DNA from: Felis catus
Lineage: Eukaryota
Direction: 5' to 3'
NCBI RefSeq assembly: GCF_018350175.1
Contig: NC_058368.1
Span: forward strand, 190,094,001 to 190,158,000
DNA length: 64,000 nucleotides
The notes beneath the pieces are model-generated. The model was not told where the DNA came from, did not search any database, and saw nothing but the letters and a program-made list of their open reading frames with translations. A program made the translations under genes and the position numbers. This document shows, one piece after another, positions 38,010 to 53,277 of this stretch; the stretch's first letter is position 1; each line of letters begins with the position of its first letter.

Positions 38010-40094
38010 TTTGAGTCTTCTACTCTGATTATTTTAAAGTGTTTACAAATTTTCATTATTGCAGACAATTCTTAAGCAACTGTCCTCCTATGTAATTCTT
38101 TTTAAGCTTATCTCTGATCACTTTCTTAGGATAAAATCCTAGAAGGAGTAGGACGATGCAGTTGAAGTGTGTACATATTTTAAAAGGCTTTTGCTACATA
38201 GCAGCACACTGGTCTGCAGACAGGCAGAAGCACTCTGTACCCTTTGCGTGAAGTCTGCACCTTTTACCCTCACTAGCACTCTGTTACCAGTAAGCAAAGT
38301 TCTTTGCCAACTTGAGAGATGAAAAATTGTACCCTAGTCTTTTAATTTCCATTTCAGTGATTACTGGGGTAAGGTTGAACACTTTCATTCTTTGTTGGCA
38401 TTTATACTTTTCAGGGTGTGAGTTTTCTTTCATGTCCTTTTTCCTTTTTGCTTTGAAAAAAGTGCAGTAATGATTGTTTGCAGCAAAGGCCCTCAATTTG
38501 TGACTTGGTGTTATGTACATATATACGAGATGTGTTTCATATACATTTCATCCAGTTCTTTTCTAGCCTAACTCAACGGGGGCGGGGGGGATTTTTCTCT
38601 CCCTTCCTGCCGTTCTTTTCTGAGTTAACAAGGGAACAGAAAAAGCATCTGTGAAAATAAATGTGGAAATAAATTTCTTCATGGAACACTTTGATTACGT
38701 TTAGTGCCCTTTGGAGGAGAATGGTATCTCGATATCCTTGGTATCATCCTTTGTGTTTTTTGAAAGTCTTTTAACTTATTTTTGTTCATCACAACAATCA
38801 TGAAAGACGGCTCAACTATGGCAGCCAAACACCCATTAGCCCATTTCACAGGCGGGGAAACAAAGACTGAGATATTCAATGTCTAGCAGTAGATTATGCA
38901 TCAATTCAGGTGTGAAGCTGGAACAAGGACCCCTGGCTAGTGTGCTTTCCATGGTAGCACCGGAGATCAAATCAGGTCACCTGAGTATGTCCCAGAAATC
39001 AATGCAAACAGTATGACACCATCAAAACCTCTTGACTTTAAACATGTGGCAGGATCTCCCTTGTTGCTCACTTAGATATTATGTGAGTCCCTTGAACCCC
39101 AGCTAGCCTGGAAGGTCATATTTTGTTAACTTTTCTTCGGTCTATGGGACGACTAAGTTTTGGACTATTCCTTGAGGGCTGGGAGACAGAAAACTGGCAC
39201 TTCCTCTCCAGCCTCCAGAATGTCTAGGCTTTTGTTGGTCAAATACTCAGCATTTGACAAATTGAGATTTCTAACAGTCCCAAGGAAATGGTGTTCGCCA
39301 GAACAGGGAAGGAATTTACAGTCTTCTAAGTGGAAACACATGCCAAACCCTGGATGTGAGAGGCCAGATTCTTGTAGGATGACACCAACAGCGGAGCAGA
39401 CACATTTCTATGTCGCCGGCTTGGGGGATTTCTCCCTAAAAGGAAATCTTTAGATGACTCCTCTGCTCAGCCTCTGAAGGCCAAAAAAAAAAAAAAAAAA
39501 AAAAGTGTGCATACTCCACAGGATCTGAATTCTCCCTGTGGTGACTCCAAGGGCCCAGATGCCACTGAACACTCAGTCACGGTTTTCAGTAGGAGGTGGG
39601 TGGCACACAGGTGGTCTGGTGATGGCTGCTCAGGAGCCTGAGGACGGAGCAGATCAGGTCCTGCCATGTGCTCCAAATACTTGCCCTGATTTTTGAGAGA
39701 AGAGGCTGCCTTCTGCCCCCTTGCTGAGGATGTGAGTCCTTCAGACTCATCAGCTTTGGTGGTACGAGCAGAGAGGACCCATGGAATGTAAGTCCGAGTG
39801 CACACTGGAATCCCAAACCTTTTGAACAGTTGGCAAAGGCGAACAACACACACCCACCCTGGCTCGTCTCACCAGGGCACCCCATTTCTCTACCTGCGGA
39901 ATTCCTCCCCTGGCCTCCTGAAAATGTGCAGATCACTCAAATCAACTTGGAAGGAGACAGCACGAGATCCTCATTGTGTCCCTCCCCTTTTCTCTTCCTG
40001 ATTCCTGCCACTGTCTTGAGTTCTCTGAGGCAGGGGTCCTGCCCCACTCATCCTCATGTGCAGAACAACTGGCACTGGTGTGTAAAAATTCATT

Positions 40095-40207
40095 TTTGTT
40101 TCAAAGATTTTATTTTTAAGTAATCTCTACACCCAAAGTGGGGCTCGAACTCACAACCCCGAGATCAAGAGTCGCATGCTCTATTGGCTGAGCCAGCCAG
40201 GCGCCCC
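40095..40207 (-). mobile_element. Short tRNA-derived SINE
   Basis: gggctcgaactcacaaccccgagatcaagagtcgcatgctc...ccaggcgcccc. Confidence 0.85.
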
Positions 40208-40918
40208 TGCAAAAACTGATTTTAATTATAGCATTAACACATGAGCTTATTCACTTTTGAAAAGATTAGAGCATTACAGATAAAGCTGACGTGTCCTGTG
40301 ATCACTGCCCCATCTCTGTCTCTTTCATCTGTCTTCAGAGGGTGCCGCTCTTATGAACTACGAGTATACCATCTTTCAGGAAAAGCTTCACTGATATGGT
40401 TTTGTTGTATTCATTCTTCACCTAACTGTGCTTTTATGATCGATACACATTGATGCACCTAGATCTCATTTTTCCTTTTCATTATTATATAGAAAGTATT
40501 GAGCATTCAATGAACTTTACCACATTTTATTTAGTCAACCCTCTGTTGGTTGTTTCTAGTTTTTGCTTTAACAAACAATGCTACAGTCAACATCTGTGTT
40601 CCTGTGTTTTTCCAGCAAAGATATCCAGAAGTGAATCACTGGTTCTCAGGGTGTGTGGAGGTTGAATTCTGAGAGGCAACTTACTCCTGATACTACCAGA
40701 ATTCCTGATGCTAATAGAAGCACAATAGATACTTGTCTGACTTCCTTCTTTCTGGGTGGAATAGCTGATACACAGTGTAGAAGAAAGAACTCAGGCCTGA
40801 GAAATAGCAAATCTCATTCCAGACCTGACCCTGCCACTAACAGGCTTTGTAGACATTCCTCTCTCTGTGCCTCAGTTTCCCTGCCTGTCAAATGAGGGGG
40901 TTAGACCAAAGGCTCTCC

Positions 40919-40927
40919 TTTTTTTTT

Positions 40928-40972
<45 letters not shown>

Positions 40973-41180
40973 TTCAACGTTTTTTATTTATTTTTGGGAC
41001 AGAGAGAGACAGAGCATGAACGGGGGAGGGGCAGAGAGAGAGGGAGACACAGAATCGGAAACAGGCTCCAGGCTCTGAGCCATCAGCCCAGAGCCTGACG
41101 CGGGGCTCGAACTCACGGACCGCGAGATCGTGACCTGGCTGAAGTCGGACGCTTAACCGACTGCGCCACCCAGGCACCCC
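40919..41180 (-). mobile_element. Young felid SINEC_Fc
   Basis: ~45-nt T-tail; perfect TSD caaaggctctcctttt; body nearly identical to the copy at 30828-31068. Confidence 0.95.
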
Positions 41181-41241
41181 CAAAGGCTCTCCTTTTAAAG
41201 TTCCTTTTGGTTCTGAGAGTCCACGATACAAGTATGGTACC

Positions 41242-41761
<520 letters not shown>

Positions 41762-41997
41762 TTATCTGCCCTGTGCGGCGGTGAGTTCCCCATCATTCGA
41801 ACAAATTAAACGAAGGCTAGACAGGAACACATTGGGGATGATCTAGAAGGACCAAGGAACAGGGCCTGGAGTGTCACTTCTAATTCTGTGATTCTATGAA
41901 TATCAAATAGCTGCCCAAAGCTTTATTTATCCTTTCTGACTGCAGATCTGAGTTTATTGCGATTAAGTGGGCATGAAGTTCAAATGCAAGTTGGCTA

Positions 41998-42213
<216 letters not shown>

Positions 42214-43259
42214 CTACTTACTAGCTGTGGCATCTTAGGCAAGTTGCTTAATCTCTTTGAGCCTATTTATTTACCTATAAAATGAGGACCAGAATAGTAC
42301 TATTTAATGACTTTTTGTAAGGACTGAGAGAAAGCATAACCTTATAGGATAGTCCTGGGCACACAATGAGTGTGCAATACATTTTTCATTATAATCTTAT
42401 AAGAAATTTGTTGAGGATTTCAAATGAGTGACAGAGGAATCAAACAGAGATGATGGGCCCCAGAGCCTGTGTCTGTCTGATTGGTTATGAGGCTTGCAAG
42501 CTCAAAGCAGGTGGCTTGGCCAATCTGCCCACCCACCGACACGTATGATTCTATGCAAAGGCCTGTGTCTGTTTGGTTTTCTCCACACCAGACACCAAAC
42601 AGTGAGATCAGAGAAACTAGAATCTAGGACAGATCCGTTTTGATGGTGACTTATTATGCATAAACGTGAGCTTTAGAAAGGCTTAAAAAGAGGGAAGAGT
42701 CGGGGGAGGACAGGCCTGGAGGACAGGGTCTAATGAGCTTGCTGTCCCAGGACCAGTTTACAATCACTGGATCTCAGAACAGAGGATGGCATAAGAGGAC
42801 AGAGAGAAGCCACGCCCCCCCACGGCTCTTCTTTAAACTGTGGGGATTTGGACTGGGTAAGACCCAGGCTTCATTCACCTCTGGCACTCTTGGATCCTGA
42901 ACATCTGAGAAAATGAGGAGTATGAGTGCCCTTGGCTTTCCTTACCCAAGCATGGGTGGAATATGCCGTCTTGGAAATCTGGAAGGCTGGCTGCTCAAGA
43001 GGGGAACCCCCAAACTCCTTTCTCACTATAGGTCAGTCCTTGAAGCAAGCTAGCAGAGGAAAGACAAGTGAATCCTTCAAAAGGACACTGATCTCAGTGT
43101 CTTAGCCAAAGGGGAAAATTTCCCTCTTTCTTAATTAAGCTATTTTCTCCCATAACCAGTAGATCAAATCACCTAGTCTTGATTGCTATTTGTAAACTTA
43201 GGTCCTCGGCTTCATCGTATCAATCTAAAATTTGGCTTATTGATCATTCAGGCTACAGT

Positions 43260-43710
43260 TTATTAATATGGTGAATTACATTGATTTTTTCAGTGATGAA
43301 CGAGCCTTGCATTCTGGGCATAAACCTCAATTGGATGTGATGCATGATCCTGTTTATGTACTGCTGGATATTATTTGCCAATATTTTATGGAGGATTCTT
43401 ATACTTTTTTAATGAGGAGCACTGATTTGCTGTTTTCTTTTTTAAATGTCTTTGGTTTTGGTATTAGGATAATGCTGACCTTGTAAGATGATTTGGGACG
43501 AGTTCTCCTCTTTTCTGTATTCTGGAAGCAACTGAGCAGAACTGGTATTATTTCTTCCTGAGACGCTTGGTAGAATTCACAAGTGAAACCATCTGTATGT
43601 GGAGTTTTCTTTGTTGCAAGTTCTTTTTTTAATTAGAAATAAAATTTCCTTAATACATAGGACTGACTATTCAGTCAGTCCCAATGTTTTCCTTGCGTGT
43701 GTTTTGGGGG
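43260..43710 (-). mobile_element. Old L1 ORF2 fragment
   Basis: ttgcattctgggcataaacc, tttggttttggtattaggataatgctgacc, ttggtagaattcacaagtgaaaccatctg. Confidence 0.8.
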
Positions 43711-43961
43711 TTTGTATGTGTCAAGGCCATGGCGGCTCCTTTCACCTCTCCCAGGCTCCCCACTTGGACGTCCAGCTCCTTGCTAAATATCACTGCTTGG
43801 ATATTCCACACCTCCACATTTCTAAGGCTGACTTTTCCCTTCCTCCCCCCTTTGCTCACCGAATGTCACATTCATCTCCTCATGTGCCCAAGCCCAAAAC
43901 CTGGGGCTCGTTTTCCTTCTCTTTACTTCCCATGACCATTAAGTCCTCATGTCTCTCTCTC

Positions 43962-43989
43962 TTTTTTTTTTTTAACATTTATTTATTTT

Positions 43990-44024
<35 letters not shown>

Positions 44025-44199
44025 AGCGAGCACACAAGCAGGGGAGGGGCAGAGAGAGAGGGAGAGAGAGAATCCTAAGCAGGCTTTGCACTGTCAGCAC
44101 AGCGCCTGACACGGGGCTGGGTCTCACGAACTGTGAGGTCATGACCTGAGCCAAAATCAAGATTCAGACACTTAACCAACTGAGGCACGCAGGCACCCC
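43962..44199 (-). mobile_element. SINEC
   Basis: TSD tcctcatgtctct on both sides. Confidence 0.92.
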
Positions 44200-44442
44200 A
44201 CATCCTCATGTCTCTTGCTTCTTTCCACATTTCTTCCCGTTGGCCACCACAACACTCTGAGGTCCTTACGGGTGGGGGTGTGGTCTCTAGTTCTGTATCT
44301 TCTCCCCAGTGGCTAGGATGTAATGGTTTCTCAATAACTATTGATAAACGAATGCATATTTGTTATCTCATATTTGTCTTAGATGAATACATAAATGTAT
44401 TTATCCACATGACTTAACCTCCAAGCATGAGAATACCATTAC

Positions 44443-44955
44443 ATCCATTCACCCAACAAATATTGGTGGAGTGCCTGGTACTGTTCGAGGCTTTGCAGAT
44501 AAGACATTGAACGAGTTAGACTAGATCTCTGCCCTCATGGAATTTATGTTCTAGTTGATAGAGACAGATAAAAACAAACAAATCAGAAAATTTCAGATGG
44601 TGATAAAACAAAATAGGGTAATAGGCTAGAGAGTGACTGGGAGTGGGGAAGGGTCTACTTGAGGAAGGGTGGGTGGTTAGGGAAAACCTTTTTGAGGGAG
44701 AGACATTTGAAGAGAAGATGGAATGAAGTGAGGGAGCCAGCCATACAGATATGAAGTAAGAGCATTCCAGTGCAAAGGCCCTGGGGCAGAAGGTAAGCTG
44801 GAGCCTAGTGATGCCATGCTGGGAATCACAGTACACACTGAGGCCCTAATGGTAGGGAGGGACCAGATCATGTAGGGGTTCATAGGCATGGTACGAAGTC
44901 TGGATATTATCTTAAGTGCTATGAGGAACTATGGAAGTATTCTAAGCAGATGGTT
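44443..44955 (-). mobile_element. L2 3' fragment
   Basis: catccattcacccaacaaatatt...ctgccctcatggaatttatgttctag...tgcaaaggccctggggcag. Confidence 0.8.
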
Positions 44956-45859
44956 GGTTACAATAGCTCCACTGCCAAGTTTTCCTACCTTTCTTGTTTT
45001 CTTTTCTTCCAAAAAATTCAGTGGCTCCTAGATACGTCTTTTTACTAGAAAAGCTGACGATTGCGTGAACCGTTAGCTTTCTATTTTATTAAATTTAGGT
45101 GGGTAAAATTGACCTTGGGTGCCACCTTAGGGGAGAGAGGAAGAGGAAGAAGGTTCTGGATCCTCTACAACAAGAGCAATGTTGCTGCTTTATAACTTGC
45201 ACATAATGAGCTTCCACTTCAGATTTCCTTGGGGGACAGGAGTGTTCCGTCCCCCTCTCTGCATACTCCCCCCCCCCCCCCCCCCCCCAGCCATCCACAA
45301 CTGCAGTGTCAGGGGTTCTCTAGGGCAAGGGGAACCTCCTGCTGGCATGCTTCCGGTGTGTTTTCTACCTCCTCATGCAATCTGTTAATGAAGGTGAGGA
45401 AAGACAGAAGGATGTGGTTTCCTAATAGAGGTGGGAAAGCATTTGCCTGCAAAGTCCCAGAGGATGAGCTACATGGCCATTTGCATAATGAGGCGGCTAC
45501 ATACCTCACAACACCTTTCACAAGGCATTTGTCTGGCATTCCTTAGCTGAGGCCATTGCGACGGATAAAAACGTCCAGTGCCGAGCACACAAAGGCTTGT
45601 GTCAGGGAGCCAAACCGGCCTCCACTGTGGGCGCCCATGCTAACGGTCGATCTCCTCCTTATCTAATCTCTATCTTGAAGGATCCACACTTGGCCTGTCC
45701 AGGAACCCCCCAGCCCCTGGCTTGTGAAGCGCCTTGAGAGTAGCAGGTTTCTTACCACCCGGCCTGTGCTCCTTCTGCTCCAGCCACAGCAGCGTTTGTT
45801 ATTTGAATGCACCATCTGTGCGCTCATCACCGAAGTTTTGCCTTCTCTCTGAAACGTTC

Positions 45860-46235
45860 CCTGCCCCTCTCTTGCCCACACTCCCTTTGCTTAGTCAACT
45901 GCCACTCTTCTTTCAGATCTCAATTCAACCATCATTCCCTCAGGGGAGACTTTCTTGACCCCCCTCAATACCTCCCCGCCTCGGGCAGGCTCCCTTGTTA
46001 TGTGCCCTCAAAGAATCACATCCTTTTCCTTTCAACATCTGAGCGCAACCTGTTTTAGAATTTATACTTGCCTGATTATATGTCTGGTTAACGTCTACCT
46101 TCCCCCACTGGGATGTCATCTTCATGAAGGTAGGCACAATGTCCATTTTTAACTGTATTTTATTCCCAATAGGGAGCACAGTGAGTGTCCGATAGATAAT
46201 AAACGCCCAGTAAGCATGTGCAATAAAAGTTGAAT
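45860..46235 (+). mobile_element. L2 3' fragment
   Basis: ttctttcagatctcaattcaa...tgtcatcttcatgaaggtaggc...gcaataaaagttgaatg. Confidence 0.7.
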
Positions 46236-48472
46236 GTGGCATACAAGGGAATTGAGACTTAGGACAGAATCTCTCCTGTTTTGGGTTTTCTTATATGGGC
46301 CTGGATGCTTCCCCTTATTACTAAGGAAAGTATTTTCTCTTCAGTTTTACTGATTACTCTGTATGAATTACATGACACATTTTTAAGAAGTACTCCATGT
46401 GATGAGATTTTCAGGTGTTCTTAATTTTCTATCCCTTTCTTTCTCCCTGTTTTTTTCCCGACTTGTATGCACTTACTGAATTTTCTATATTGTACATATA
46501 TCATTTTAAAAAACTGATCTGAAACAAAACTCTGAAAGTAATTTTTTAACTTTAAAATAAGGAGCTTTGGGGGATTTGAGCTGGAATTAGAGGGAAGGAA
46601 ACGAAATCCTAGCATGCCACCTGGTCCAGCAAGGAAAAACATCTGTGCAGATTTAACAATGTAACTAGTATATGATTTTGTTTTGTTTAGGCTACACTTA
46701 AGGACAAGTTGCAGAAGAAAATACAAGTGTTACAAAAATACAGCTTTGATCATATAAAAGCAAAAGTAGCTGACATGGGGTAGGAGGCAGAAGTGTTAGA
46801 AGTGCAAGTTGGGGGTGTTAATTTCCTCATCTTTCACAGAAAGGAGTCAAGATATTAAATAATGTTACGAAGAGAAGCAACGGTGGTGTGAGTGTATTAT
46901 CTCTGATTACAAGGAAAGCAACAGAAGCAACAAGTGACATAATCAAATATTAAAGAAGAGAGAGGAGAGATGTAAATGAGCTAAAATCTCATCTTTCCAA
47001 CTAGGGAGTCAGTAGGTATTGTCTAAAGGTGCCAATTAAGAAATAGAAGCTATCCTCATATAATTAAGCATTATGGAGAGAACAGTGAGAACAACTAGAA
47101 ATAGAAATGATTAAAACAAGTTGCCTTGGGGACTGGGGTACAGGTGGGGCGAGGTGCAGCAGAGCCAAGAATGATGTTTTTCATCATAAGCTCATCTGTA
47201 TTATTTGATTCATCATGTGCAATTAAGAATAATTTAAATGGAACAAAATGAAGAGGTTGGGTTAAATGGTCTCTAAGGGTTTCTCCCTAGAACTGAGAAT
47301 CTATGCCAACATAATGGCTTTGTTCTTCAGGGAAGGAGAGTCAGTGAGCATTTACTGAACACTAACTATGTGCCAGGTGCTCTGTACCCGTCATCCACTT
47401 TGCACTTCAGGATATCCTATGAGGTGGCTCTTTTGATCTCTATCCTACATGCCGGGACGTTGGGATTCTCAGGGAGGTGACATTTCCTAGCTAGGTCCAC
47501 ACAGCAATAAAGAAGCAGTAGGGCTGACAGGGTTAAGACCCAGGGCCAATTCACTTTGACACCATTGTTTCTCCATGGTAGTGCAGGTGGCCAAAGCCTG
47601 AGGATGTGTGGAACGTTCTCCCCCTCACGATGCATATACAGGATGGGAAAAAAAAAAAAAAGTAAAATGATCAAACATAGAAACAGGAGATTACTTAAAA
47701 TCTCACCACGTGAGAAACTTTTTAGCCTCACTCGTATCTGATAGGATCACATCATTTGTTGCTTTATTTACTGGGTTTTTAGTCATAGCTATGGACATTC
47801 TTTAAACTGAAAGAATTGTGACATATACAGGCAGCTTGAAAAATGAAGAGTCAAGAGCCAGCTTCCGGCTGAAGAAACAGGAAATTATTGAAACTTCTCT
47901 TCCTCCAACCCCAGAGGTAACCTCTATCCTGGATTTGTGTAAATAACTTCTTTGCAGGCCACTAGTTTTTAAAGATCTGCTGGTTTGATACTAAGGTAAA
48001 AAACTGGACCGACCACTCATTTGGTCAATTTACACCTATAAATTCCTTCTTTCCCCACCCTCCCAAACCTCCCTCATCCTTATCCATCCCTCAGAGCCCC
48101 CATTCAAGCTTCACCTCCTAGGAGTCTTCCAAAACCCTCCAGTCTATACGGGTTTTCTTTTTAAAAACTTATGAGAGTTCTTCTTCATTCAGGACCCAAG
48201 CTGTCTGTGGGTTGAGCTGTCTAATCTAGCCCCAGTCCAGGGCCTTCAAGTCTGTGGTCCTGATGGAGAATCCAAGCAGTGTTTCATATCCCATGCAAAT
48301 ACTGACTGAGAGAGTCTTCATGGAAGGACCAGTTATACTGAAGACCCACGTTTGATCAGACATGAGAGGCCAACAAGAAGCATATACAGAACATGGGCAT
48401 ACTATTATCTAGAGATCAAGGAAGATCTGGACACTTTCATTCTGACTCAGATATAGCCTGAGCAGAAAAGAA

Positions 48473-49300
48473 GTCATTCATTCAGTCATTCGACAAATAA
48501 TAGGCATTGATTATACACAAGTTTCACTGCAAGGTGCTGGAGACACAACATTAAGTGAGGCAGACCTGATGTATGGCATTTCTCAAAATGATGAGGAAAA
48601 TAAGTAAATGGAAAATTGTGGGAAGTGTTGCAGTGGGGGTGTGCGTGGGGCTATGGCAATACATTAAGAGGGGCAACCAACCCAGACTTTTGGGGAAGAT
48701 GATAGGGAAGGCTTTCCACAAAAGTGAATGCTAAGCTGAGACCTGAACCAGGGGTAAGTACTGGACAGGTGAGGGAGAACATCTCCTGCAAAGGCCCAAG
48801 ACCAAGAGGGACCACAGCTGGTAAGGGGCTGTCAGCTGAATTAGACTGAAGCTTTCAGTGCTGGGGAAGGATCTTGTAAGCCTCGCTCAGGCATCTTAAT
48901 GCCACCTTGATGGTTTCCATCAGGGAAATCTGCAGTTTCACTTTGTGGCTGCAAGAGAGAGAAGAGATTGGGGCAGTAGGGGACAGAGAGGTGTTGGGAT
49001 CAAGAGAGATTAGGGCCTGGAGATGGAGAGGAGGGAGCAGACATCGGACACCTGGTGACAGATTGGGATACAGGTGCAGACAGGGAAATGACACCCACCA
49101 CCTGTTCACAGGGTCCAAGGACACAGTGGGTTTGCGGGCGGCAGGGAAGCTGAGATCAGATCTGGGTAAGGTGGATTTCTGATGTCTGTGGATGTCCAAG
49201 AGAAGATGTCTAACAGGCAACTAGAGGCAAGCTATGGGGCCCCAGAATCTGGGGAGTGGATCCAAACTTAGGAATCATCAGCATGAGGATAAAAATGGAC
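48473..49300 (-). mobile_element. L2 fragment
   Basis: cattcattcagtcattcgacaaata...gctaagctgagacctgaa...tgcaaaggccc. Confidence 0.7.
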
Positions 49301-52300
49301 TCCAGGAGAGGGAATGACATGAATGCAAGGGTAGGCAAGGGTGGGCGTTTCTCAAGGTGACCAGACCCTTCCACACACTTCAGTTCCTCTGACTCTATGA
49401 GACCAAAGAAAGAGAAGGTGCACAGTGGCACCTGAGATCAAGGAGACACTGATAAATTCTGGGTACTTCCTTGTCTACCAACAAACCACCTAACGGGGAA
49501 GACGGCTACTCTTCTACACTTGGTGCTGCCCCTTCCTTCTTTCCTTCCTCCTTTCTCTCCCTTCCTTCCTTTCCTTCACCGAACATCCACTGAGTGCTTG
49601 CTCTGTGATCTGACACACACCCCAAGGGCACAGGGTGAAGAGGGGTCTGGATGCTGCAGGAAACACGATGACAGGTAAGACTGGAAAAACTAGATTTAAA
49701 TGAAGTTTACGATGTAGTGGGGGAAGACAGTCCAGGACACCTGTGCTCGGGAAAATAAAACAAAAGGCTCTGAAGACTGGGAGGAGGGAGAAATGACACA
49801 AAGTTCCTTCAGAGAACAGGCATTTGATAAGTTCTATCCCCCCAGGCTGGATAGAACTGGGAGGAACGAGACAAGACAGGAGATGGGAAATGGTGATGGC
49901 TTCGAGGTGGCTGGGGAGAATGTGCCAGTTTTTGAATTGGCAGGACAAGTGCAATTGCAGACAGAGGGGAGACAAGATGAAGATCAGTGTGAAGAGAGAA
50001 GGAAACCATTTGCTGGGGCTTGAGAGGGAGGGGTGAGCTGACAGGGCTGCAGGCAGGCTGGAGCCAGGCTCTCAGTTGGGGGACCGAGGCTGAGTCAAAG
50101 CCTCTGGGAAGCTCCGGGAAGAGGAGAGAAGGGACTCATGGTGGCTGAGGGCCTGCTTATGAAGCTCCGGTGACTTTACATTCCTCCCTTCACTCAACAC
50201 AAAGACTGGGGAGTGGGAATAGGTTTCCCCCACTATCTGAAGGCAGAGCGTTCCTAACGAAACCTTTCCTAAGGCCAAATGGCATAAAGCAAAGAAGCAA
50301 TTACCATGAATTTATATGGCAAACGTTTTGACCGTTCCCAGACCCCAAAAAACAACCTCTCTTTGGCTTCGTTGGCACCTCAGAACGCATCTTTCTAAGG
50401 GGCGTGCCAAATAAGTTGAGATAAATCACAGATGAAGCACAGTCCAAAGCTCTGGCAGCTTGGTGCTGAGATGCTGAGTGTAGCTGCTGGGAAGGAGTCT
50501 GGCGGGGCCACTCATGATGGCTCTGGAGCCACTTGCTGCAAAACAAAGGGTGAATGCTATTTTTGCTTTTCACCTCTTTTCCTGAAAGCAAAATCCTCCT
50601 TGGATTTCTTGTGGTTAGTGAAAACAGGTACTGTTGTAAGGTCTTCTGGAAAAGCAAGGCAGAACGCAAACTTGGAAAAAGCAGGGGAGACTTACACTTA
50701 GCCCCAGTATTTTTGGGGTGTGGAAACTAAGGCTCAGAGGATTTTCATCACTTTCCTGGAGTCTCATTGCTATTAAGTACAGGGGCAAAACTTGAACCCA
50801 GGCTCTCTGATAGGCCCTTTCAAGGAGAACACCCAGGAGTCAAGCATTGGCCACATCCTGCCTTTGTTCCTCTGCAGAAAGATTCCTGTCTCATTCAAGG
50901 CTGTGTAACTCAGCAGTGGAGCAGAATGAAAGAACAGGGCATGGCTGGTTTAGGAAGGTGGCCCAGTGGCCAGGCCGAGGTCAGCAAGAGAATTCTGAGA
51001 GATCTCTGCTCTTTCGCTTATGCTCTGTCTATATCCAGAGGAATATACAGCACCTTACAATTAAAGAGGCAGTGTCACTAAGTCTGGAGACCATTGCACA
51101 GTATAAGACCAGAGATGCATCAAAGGGAGAGGAAAAAGCCTCTAGCTTCTCAGGAGGGGCAAGTGCCTGTGGCAAGTCTCCAAATGGGAATGCTGGTTTT
51201 TAAACTGCAAGTGGCCTGTTAGAACCTACTAGGTGCCAAATCTCCTTACTGAGTTTCTCTTACTCATCATTAGGTCCCGTGGACCCTGCCCGCCAGAACA
51301 CATCTCCTTCCCAACCACTGGACTGCACACCCAAAGCCCTGGGTGTTGGGAGGGAGGGGCTGGCCTTGTAATGCAGCCAATGCAACGGCAAAGGCCCCAG
51401 GGAATGATGTTCATTGCAAATCACTGGAATGAGAAGTCAGCAAATTCATGGAAAAAATGGAATTAAGTCTGAGTTTTAATTGGAACATAGACCCACAGTC
51501 CTCCCTGAATCATGCTGCCTTGAAACAGAAACAGCTGACTGGTTAAGGATACCCAGTTAGTGTCCAATGCCTTGCCATACTACCTTGCTATACGGACCAT
51601 ACATCTGACCAACAGGAAGTGGGCATTTCAGTTGCCTCCTCGATACCAAAGTAGGGCAGATTCCAGTGCCTAGAATGTCAGGACGAGTTGCCAGGGGTCT
51701 CCGACCACTTTGCTTTTATTGGGAGATAATGCCATCTTGTCAGGGTCTGTGTTTATTTTTTGGGAGGGGGTTAACGATTTCCAGCAGAGATGACAAAAAC
51801 CCAGGTCTGCTATAAATGGTTTCCGAAGACAGTATTTTGTCCAAGAGCATTCCATCCTAAGGGCTGCCAGGAGATTGACTGTTTACGAGGATCCTTTCCT
51901 AGCAGATATACTTTGTTGTTTAAAAATCGACATATTATGATCATAGTTCAAAAGAAAGGAATGAAACATCTTGAGGAAGGCTATCTTTTCATGATTTGAG
52001 TGTGGGCAACACATGTGCTAGCAGTGGCACTGGGGTCACCATTCATGACTGAGGCAGTGGCTGCTTTTGGAGGCGATTTCGACAACAGATTCAGGCCCAG
52101 CAGGATCGATTATCAATGTGTGCCTTGGGTTAGAAGAGGGGCAAAGGCACTTAAGGTACACATTTGTTATCCTTGATCTCCAAAAACCACCACCACCACC
52201 ATTTTAGCTACCTTATATTAAGAGTTAGCTGACCTGCTATTTGTCATTTTCTCCTGGAAGTGCACCCAACACTTAATTCAGGCAAGGGTTGTCCCATGAA

Positions 52301-52317
52301 CAATGATTAATTTGGCA

Positions 52318-52560
52318 GATTTTCCCCTTGGCTTTACCTGGATACAACTGACCTGTAACACTGTGTTGGTTTAAGGTGTACAATGTGATGGCTGGACACA
52401 TTGCCGATTTGACGACTGTGAAATGATTACTAGTTAATACATCTTTCACCTCATACAATTACCATTTTTTGTGGGGAGATCATTTAAGATCTACTCTTGG
52501 TAGTTTTCAAGTGGACAACATAGCACTGTTAACTCTAGACACCAGGCTGTACGTTTCATC
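52318..52560 (-). mobile_element. L1MA-type 3' fragment
   Basis: ggtttaaggtgtacaatgtgatg...catttaagatctactct...gcactgttaact. Confidence 0.75.
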
Positions 52561-53063
52561 ACAGCAGGTGGGTTTTTAAAGCTGCTACTCTAGCCCCTTT
52601 CTTTTTGTTGGTTAAGTATTTATGCTCATTTTTGAAAAAAAAAAAAAAAAAGAGAAAATGCAGATGCATTTTTTTTTTAAAGGGAAGAAATTTATAATCC
52701 TACCACCCAGGGGTCATCACAGATACTCTTGTGGGGGTTTATCCTGCCTGGTTCTTCTATACATATAACATTTAAGTATATGTTTTTAAATGATGGGACA
52801 TAAAATATCTACTCTTTTGTAATTTATTTTTAATCACTTAGCATACACTATCCACATCTTCCTATGTACAGAACAGAGTTTCTCTTTTAATGTTTGTCTT
52901 TGTCTTTGTTTTGGCCTGGAGGAATCTTTTGGTTTCCCCGCACCCTTTTCCGGGTGACCATCTTACTTCTCAAAATTATTTGATAAATGATTACCTACTA
53001 AAGTACTGGCTCTATCTATCTCTAAACCCATCTCAGCAGGCATTGTATTTTACTGGGGCTTAA

Positions 53064-53277
53064 TTTTTTTTTTTTAACATTTATTTATTTTTGAGAGACA
53101 AAGAGAGACAGAGCACAGGCAGGAGAGGGGCAGAGAGAGAGAGAGGGAGACACAGAATCCAGAGCAGACTCCAGGCTCTGGAACTGTCAGCACAGAGGGG
53201 CTCAAACTCACAAACTGTGAGATTATGACCTGAGCCGAAGTTGGATGCTTAACCAACTGAGCCACCCAGGTGCTCCT
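53064..53277 (-). mobile_element. SINEC
   Basis: TSD ctggggcttt; reverse head. Confidence 0.9.

Noticed and set aside
45618..45636. CTCF site (cctccactgtgggcgcc)
   Set aside because: The spacing does not fit the core consensus without a gap.
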